Assembly: GCA_000493945.1 (NCBI GenBank)
Contig: AWNW01000013.1
Span: forward strand, 2,287-66,286
From: Candidatus Hydrogenedens terephthalaticus JGI OTU-1
GTDB lineage: Bacteria; Hydrogenedentota; Hydrogenedentia; Hydrogenedentales; Hydrogenedentaceae
Length of the DNA stretch: 64,000 nt
Direction of reading: 5' to 3'
In this document: positions 58,679 to 64,000 of the stretch, in pieces
Position numbering within the stretch: the first letter of the stretch is position 1
How the letters are laid out: each line of letters begins with the position of its first letter
Notes under the pieces: generated by a model
The model's input: only the letters and a program-made list of their open reading frames with translations
The model's database searches: none
What the model was told of the DNA's origin: nothing
Translations under genes and position numbers: made by a program

Positions 58679-59767
58679 CTAATTATTTTCAAAAAATTTT
58701 CTTGTTTTTTCATCAATAACTCCAATTTCAAGTTCATGGGTTCTGGTTTCTCCTGCTTTTAGATAGTCCATTTCCCCTCTTTTTTCTGTTTCATCTCTGC
58801 CCAATACACCTGCATTACATGGTTCTAAACCAATTACATATTCCCCTGCTCCTAACATTTTCCATTGGACTAATTTGGGTAGTTGTGCTTTTTTATATTT
58901 GATATAAACACCATAGAAATTAGATTCAAATTTTGGCTTTTTATGATAAATGCCAATAACGACATCTCCGTTTTTTTGCGTTTGGACATCATGAAAATAC
59001 ACTCTTTCCTGATAATTTTCGGCAGGTGGCGTTATCTCATACCAGGCATCCTTCCCCTGTTTTGCAATTTCATCTCTCGGAATGGTTTTTCTAACAGGGA
59101 TACAGACCCTGGCACCTTCACATACTACAGGCCAGCCAATATTACAATGATATAACATCATAAAAGGTGTTTTACGAAAACCCTCGTTTGTTATTGTGTC
59201 CGTAATCTTAAAATAATTTACCCCTAAATATGTTTCTATCTTCCTTTCTATTACAATGTTTTCAGCAAAAAGAGCCGATTGTCTCATTTTGCCTTTTATG
59301 GATAAAAGATACTTGCCCTGTTCCCATTTCTTTTCTATACATACATCTTCTGCGGGTGTATTGCTAATTCTACCATGTAATCCTTCGCCTGTTAGTTCAC
59401 TCTTTTCACATGGCGGACCGACATTAGTAACACCGCAGGTCGTTAACAATCCACCGAAATAACTACGAAGCCAGCGAATACCTTCGGGTTCATAGTAAAA
59501 AGGAGCGACATCTCCTGGTGTAGAACGCCAACCTATTGGAATTCCTTTATAACTTGCATGAGAAATATCCATACAACGGTCTAAGTAAACGGAAAACTCT
59601 AAACCAGAGCCATTGTATACAAATGCGGAACGCGATGGGAATGCCTTTCCATCTTGAAGTATAGATGTTTGAATTCCTGCTATCTGGTCTATTTGACCTG
59701 CATATTTTTTCATTTCTATTGGGGATACTTCATACCAATTTTTTATTGCTTTTGGTTTCTTGTCCAT
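58679..59767 (-). CDS. Aldose-1-epimerase-fold protein (DUF4432-like)
   Basis: LEFSVYLDRCMDISHASYKGIPIGW and GLHGRISNTPA resemble the DUF4432/mutarotase-like family. Confidence 0.55.
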   Translation of the reverse strand: MDKKPKAIKNWYEVSPIEMKKYAGQIDQIAGIQTSILQDGKAFPSRSAFVYNGSGLEFSVYLDRCMDISHASYKGIPIGWRSTPGDVAPFYYEPEGIRWLRSYFGGLLTTCGVTNVGPPCEKSELTGEGLHGRISNTPAEDVCIEKKWEQGKYLLSIKGKMRQSALFAENIVIERKIETYLGVNYFKITDTITNEGFRKTPFMMLYHCNIGWPVVCEGARVCIPVRKTIPRDEIAKQGKDAWYEITPPAENYQERVYFHDVQTQKNGDVVIGIYHKKPKFESNFYGVYIKYKKAQLPKLVQWKMLGAGEYVIGLEPCNAGVLGRDETEKRGEMDYLKAGETRTHELEIGVIDEKTRKFFENN

Positions 59768-59770
59768 ACA

Positions 59771-60748
59771 TTATCCTTTATTATTACGAAAATCTATTAA
59801 TACTTTAAGGCAATCTTTATTTTGAGCAACCTCAAATGCATTTATTATATCTTCAAAAGCAAACTTATGACTTATCATATATTCGACTTCAACTTTTTTC
59901 TCCGCTAACGCCTTCAGTGCTGGTTCAAATGGACCACAACGAGAACCTACAATTTTGATTTCATCTACAACTAACTTAGAAAGATTTATACTATTCGATT
60001 GTTCTGTTGTGCTTTTTATGACTAATGTCCCCTGAGGTCGCAACATATTTAATGCAAAGGATTGTGCAGTAGGATTCCCTGTAACATCTATTACAACATC
60101 TACATTCTTATCCTTCCAATAGTCTAATAAACATGTATCAATACCATATATATTTAATAGAAACATTTTTTGAGAGTGTTTCCCTACACATACCAATTTC
60201 CGCACATAGGGATTTATAATTTGAGAAATAATTTGTCCCATTCGCCCATCACCCAGAACAACCACAAAATCATTCGAATTAAACTGCACTTGTTCAAGAA
60301 TACGATACCCCGCCGCAACAGGTTCGGTAAATACAGCGATTTCATCAGATACACCATTCGGAACAATGTGTAAATTCTTTTCAGGAAGTGTAGTATATTC
60401 AGCAAACACGCCATCCCTATTATATATCCCGAGTACAGTTCGGTTCGGACAGTGATTTGACATACCTCTAAGGCAAAATGAGCAACGATAGCAGGGACAA
60501 TTTATCTCCCCCACTACCCGTTTACCAATCAAACTTTTATTCTGTGCATCAACAACCTCCCCCACAAACTCATGCCCTAAAATCCCCTTGAAACCCATGT
60601 ACCCCTTAACAATTTCCAGATCCGTCTTACATATCCCCGCCATTAAAACCTTGATTAATACTTCATCCTTACTCTGAATGGGTATGGGAACCTCTTTTAT
60701 TAATAATTCTTTCCCGTCAAAATATAAAGATTTCATTAATTCGTCCAA
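59771..60748 (-). CDS. Zinc-dependent alcohol/polyol dehydrogenase (MDR family)
   Basis: GHEFVGEV, the structural-Zn lobe CPCYRCSFCLRGMSNHC and the VLGDGRMG NAD-binding motif. Confidence 0.85.
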   Translation of the reverse strand: MDELMKSLYFDGKELLIKEVPIPIQSKDEVLIKVLMAGICKTDLEIVKGYMGFKGILGHEFVGEVVDAQNKSLIGKRVVGEINCPCYRCSFCLRGMSNHCPNRTVLGIYNRDGVFAEYTTLPEKNLHIVPNGVSDEIAVFTEPVAAGYRILEQVQFNSNDFVVVLGDGRMGQIISQIINPYVRKLVCVGKHSQKMFLLNIYGIDTCLLDYWKDKNVDVVIDVTGNPTAQSFALNMLRPQGTLVIKSTTEQSNSINLSKLVVDEIKIVGSRCGPFEPALKALAEKKVEVEYMISHKFAFEDIINAFEVAQNKDCLKVLIDFRNNKG

Positions 60749-60837
60749 AACTGCACTTGAGTTTTATGAAAATAAGCAAAAATTTTATTGCTCTATATTA
60801 TATACATTTCTATTTTTACTTTCTACATTATACTTCC

Positions 60838-61296
60838 TCAATCCAAAGTTGGTTGAGCCTTTAATCTATCATAGTATTCAGGGGTTAAAAATGGTTTTGC
60901 ATTAAGTAACTTATTTAAATACTCCCTCGTTGGTAACAAACCCGTACCAATCTTATCTTCTTGTGCAATATAAGTCATTGCAAGCACTTTCTCCCCTGTA
61001 TCCAATGCAACTTCAATTCCTATTCGATTATAGTGTGTAGGATAAACCTCATAATCATCTAACTTATCAATTTCTTCTTCTGATATTTCATACAAAACCC
61101 CTTCCACGATTTCGTTAGCATCTGCAATAATGTTTGCATAACCCTGCTTTTCAGGATTACCACTGGCTTTTTTATTAAAGACTAATTTCCATCCCCTTAC
61201 CGATGCTTTCTTAACTTCAGAAGAAGTGATTTCCCTTCCCAATCTCTTCGACATTTGTCCCAAATCCATATTTGAACCATAAGCAAAATAATACAT
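60838..61296 (-). CDS. Gamma-glutamylcyclotransferase (AIG2/GGCT-like) family protein
   Basis: YFAYGSNM N-terminal motif. The length is 152 aa. Confidence 0.75.
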   Translation of the reverse strand: MYYFAYGSNMDLGQMSKRLGREITSSEVKKASVRGWKLVFNKKASGNPEKQGYANIIADANEIVEGVLYEISEEEIDKLDDYEVYPTHYNRIGIEVALDTGEKVLAMTYIAQEDKIGTGLLPTREYLNKLLNAKPFLTPEYYDRLKAQPTLD

Positions 61297-61402
61297 CTAT
61301 ATTTCCACTTTCTTTAATGTCTTTCTAATTATGAAACATCTTCCACAAATTACTTAAGCATTTTCTTAAAAGAACCCAAAGATTTATTCTTTTATTCTTA
61401 TC

Positions 61403-61495
61403 TGGCGGAGAGAGTGGGATTCGAACCCACGGTGCCGGGTAAACCGGCACAACGGCTTTCGAGGCCGCCGCCTTCAACCACTCGGCCATCTCTCC
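61403..61495 (-). tRNA. tRNA-Ser (anticodon CGA), with encoded CCA
   Basis: The reverse complement reads GGAGAGATGGCCGAGTGGTTGAAGGCGGCGGCCTCGAAAGCCGTTGTGCCGGTTTACCCGGCACCGTGGGTTCGAATCCCACTCTCTCCGCCA. It has a 7-bp acceptor stem, anticodon loop CUCGAAA, a long class II variable arm, and the GGTTCGAATCC T-arm. Confidence 0.92.
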
Positions 61496-61847
61496 GTTTG
61501 AACATTACCCCTTTTTATACTACAAATCAGAGAATTAATTCAAAAACTTCAATTAACACTAACAAAATTTCCTTATGAATACTTCAGATAAATCTTACAC
61601 TACAAGGGATCTTTACATTTTTTTGCTTGCTATGATAAAAAACACGAAATTATGAATATAAGTTGAATAAATCTTTTGTAAAACTTCAAAACAAAACATT
61701 ACTTATTCTCTTACCCTGTTTCAAAATCAAACATAAAAACAATGTTATATCTAAATCATTGTTAATTAATATGTTACAGTATTTTTATTTTTTGGCATAA
61801 AGATTGCTTCATTAAAACACAAACAAATTAAAATAAGGAGTTTAATT

Positions 61848-62042
61848 ATGACGATTGAAAGGTATTTGCGACTTATTGCAGGGAGTTTTATCTTAATCAG
61901 TGTAGCCTTAGCACATTTTCATCATCCCTACTGGCTATTTTTTACTGCTTTCGTAGGGTTAAATCTTTTCCAATCAGGGATTACAAATTGGTGTCCTATG
62001 GTTTGGATACTTGAAAAATTAGGAGTCCCTCATCAAAAATAA
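61848..62042 (+). CDS. DUF2892 (YgaP C-terminal-like) small membrane protein
   Basis: Two TM helices and a conserved NWCP motif. An AGGAG RBS is present. Confidence 0.7.
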   Translation: MTIERYLRLIAGSFILISVALAHFHHPYWLFFTAFVGLNLFQSGITNWCPMVWILEKLGVPHQK

Positions 62043-62105
62043 ATTAAAAGGAATTTGTTATTTGCTATTATTATATAAATCAAATAGTCAAAAAAGGAGT
62101 ATTCT

Positions 62106-64000
62106 ATGAATCCCGGACTTAAAATGATAGAGTTTTCTGTTAACCATCCTAAAATCGTAGTCGGTGTAATGTCAATAATCACATTAATAATCATTGCACT
62201 TGTTGCCCTTCCTAATTTATTCCCACAGACATTTCCTATGCTCCATAAAATTAGTATTGATACAGACCCTGAAAACATGCTCAGTCATAAAGAAGCAGTT
62301 CGTGTCTTTCATAATGAGATGAAGAAGCAATTTACCATCTACGAGATTGTAGTTTTAGGGATTGTAAATGAAAAACATCCTCAGGGGGTTTTTAATGCGG
62401 ATACATTGAAAAAAATATACGAATTAACAGAGTTTGCTAAAACGCTTCAATGGCAAAATCCCAATGACCCCGAAAAATATGATGGCGTCATAGCCAGTGA
62501 ACTTATTGCTCCGTCCACTGTGGATAATGTAGAACAGGGAGGCATTGGGGAAGTTCGATTTGAGTGGCTCATGGGAACACCTCCCGCAACAGATGAAGAA
62601 GCATTAGAAATAAAGAAGAAAACGGAACGCCTTCCTTTCCTGAAGGACACTCTTATCTCTGAAGATGGGAAAGCAATGGCTTTATACATTCCCATCACGG
62701 CAAAGAACCAAAGTTATCGTGTTAGCAAAGCATTAGAGGATAAAATCTCCACTTTCAAAGGGGATGAAAAATACTACATAACAGGGCTACCAGTTGCCAA
62801 TGACACATTTGGCGTAGAAATGTTCAAGCAAATGGCTATTTCTTCCCCTCTGGCTATGTTGGTTATTTTTCTACTCATGTTTTTCTTCTTCCGCAAATTA
62901 GTTCTAATCCTCTCCCCGCTCATTGTTGCCATGGTTACTACCATCTGGACTATGGGCCTTTTAGTCATTTCAGGAAACACCGTTCATATCATGAGTTCTA
63001 TGATACCCGTTTTTATCATGCCTATAGCGGTATTGGATTCCATACATATCCTCTCCGAATTTTTCGAACGGTTCAACCCTAATAAACCAAGAAAAGAAAT
63101 CCTATTGTCTGTAATGGATACCCTTTTCATGCCCATGTTATATACCTCATTAACTACTCTTGCTGGTTTTGCATCACTTGCACTTACACCCAACCCACCG
63201 GTTCAAACTTTCGGTATCTTTATAGCCATAGGCGTCGCTATCGCATGGATTTTAACTGTAATATTCATCCCTGCTTATGCGATGCTACTATCCGAAAAGA
63301 AACTTAAAAATTTCGGTACCTCTGCAAATAAAACCTCTCACTCAGCAGAGGAAAATACTCTATTGGCTAAATCTTTACATGCCCTCGGAAAATTCACCTA
63401 TAATCAATACAAACTTATTCTTTTGGGCACGGCTATAATGGTCGTCGTTGCAATATATGGAATTACACAAATAGAAGTTAATGACAATCCTACTCGCTGG
63501 TTCAAATCTACCCACAAAATAAGGGTTGCAGATACCGTTCTAAATAAACATTTCGGCGGCACATATATGGCATACTTGGCATTGAAATCAGATGAAAGCC
63601 AGTTTTCTTTTGACAACTACAAAGAAGGTTTTAAGGAAAGACTTTTTAATTGGTTAAAAGAAAACGGAACCGATGAAACAAAAGCCAATGAAATTGTTGG
63701 TAAAGTTTACTCGGAACTTCTTAATCTCCATAAACAATCCAGTGATAATGAATTAAAATCTACACTTGAATCCCTTCAGAATTGGTGTGAGGAACAACTG
63801 AACAATACCAATACGGAAAATCAGGAAAACTGGGACCTTACAGAAAGGTTCGTCGGTCTTGAATTACAAAGAAGCGAAATATTTAAACAACCTGAAGTGC
63901 TTCATTATATAGACCAATTGAATGATACCATGATGAAAACAGGTATTGTAGGTAAAACAAACTCATTGCCTACCCTTGTAAAAACAGTCCATAGAGAACT
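62106..64000 (+). CDS. MMPL/RND-superfamily transporter (5' partial, continues past the window end)
   Basis: This gene is absent from the ORF track because no stop codon falls in the window. The ATG at 62106 follows AAAGGAG. My translation is MNPGLKMIEFSVNHPKIVVGVMSIITLIIIALVAL..., followed by a periplasmic loop and a TM bundle with GNTVHIMSSMIPVFIMPIAVLDSIHILSEFFER. The frame stays open to 64000. Confidence 0.8.
   Translation, partial: MNPGLKMIEFSVNHPKIVVGVMSIITLIIIALVALPNLFPQTFPMLHKISIDTDPENMLSHKEAVRVFHNEMKKQFTIYEIVVLGIVNEKHPQGVFNADTLKKIYELTEFAKTLQWQNPNDPEKYDGVIASELIAPSTVDNVEQGGIGEVRFEWLMGTPPATDEEALEIKKKTERLPFLKDTLISEDGKAMALYIPITAKNQSYRVSKALEDKISTFKGDEKYYITGLPVANDTFGVEMFKQMAISSPLAMLVIFLLMFFFFRKLVLILSPLIVAMVTTIWTMGLLVISGNTVHIMSSMIPVFIMPIAVLDSIHILSEFFERFNPNKPRKEILLSVMDTLFMPMLYTSLTTLAGFASLALTPNPPVQTFGIFIAIGVAIAWILTVIFIPAYAMLLSEKKLKNFGTSANKTSHSAEENTLLAKSLHALGKFTYNQYKLILLGTAIMVVVAIYGITQIEVNDNPTRWFKSTHKIRVADTVLNKHFGGTYMAYLALKSDESQFSFDNYKEGFKERLFNWLKENGTDETKANEIVGKVYSELLNLHKQSSDNELKSTLESLQNWCEEQLNNTNTENQENWDLTERFVGLELQRSEIFKQPEVLHYIDQLNDTMMKTGIVGKTNSLPTLVKTVHRE

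Noticed and set aside
61297-61847. The tRNA-Ser flank as a possible integration hotspot or genomic island boundary
   Set aside because: No integrase, no direct repeat of the tRNA 3' end and no mobile genes are visible on either side.
62033-63616. Five minus-strand ORFs of 68-83 aa (62033..62278, 62447..62698, 62774..62980, 62984..63193, 63404..63616)
   Set aside because: They are antisense shadows of an unlisted plus-strand MMPL/RND gene. That gene is open from 62106 to the window end, with a good RBS and family motifs.

Overview
This is an AT-rich bacterial chromosomal window with about 55 genes, dense coding and no transposase, integrase, CRISPR array or prophage signature, so it looks like core genome rather than an island. 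All family calls come from motif recognition in the supplied translations; no HMM or BLAST search was possible. The lineage is probably a Gram-negative, PVC-like or candidate-phylum organism. Supporting this are a DUF1559 pilin-like protein, LPS kinases, an O-antigen-ligase-like protein, an outer-membrane barrel and an MMPL/RND transporter. Housekeeping content is strong. It includes sulfur amino-acid and SAM-cycle genes (cysK-metY-metXW, ahcY), aconitase, split transhydrogenase pntAA-pntAB-pntB, purM-purSL-purQ, rnd, thiG-thiH, glmS, fba and a tRNA-Ser(CGA). The best candidate for an undescribed system is a tightly coupled minus-strand operon at 52260-55374. It encodes an MtaC/MetH-type corrinoid protein, a DUF169 protein, a stand-alone homocysteine S-methyltransferase domain and a COG2231 EndoIII-like protein. 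No pterin-binding or reactivation module is present, and a secreted tandem C3H cysteine-rich mini-protein lies just upstream. Other notable items are listed below.
- A 929-aa secreted protein built from six Cys-bracketed EF-hand-pair modules, next to a small dockerin-like protein.
- An envelope cluster with two tandem Kdo/WaaP-type kinases, a GAF histidine kinase split by a frameshift in an A7 run, a TPR/zinc-ribbon/polytopic membrane protein and an O-antigen-ligase-TPR fusion.
- An orphan promoter-plus-hairpin unit in a 657-bp spacer, which could be an sRNA or a leader.
- Overlapping divergent promoters between an RRM-protein gene and the cys/met operon.
- MetX-MetW and PurS-PurS-PurL fusions.
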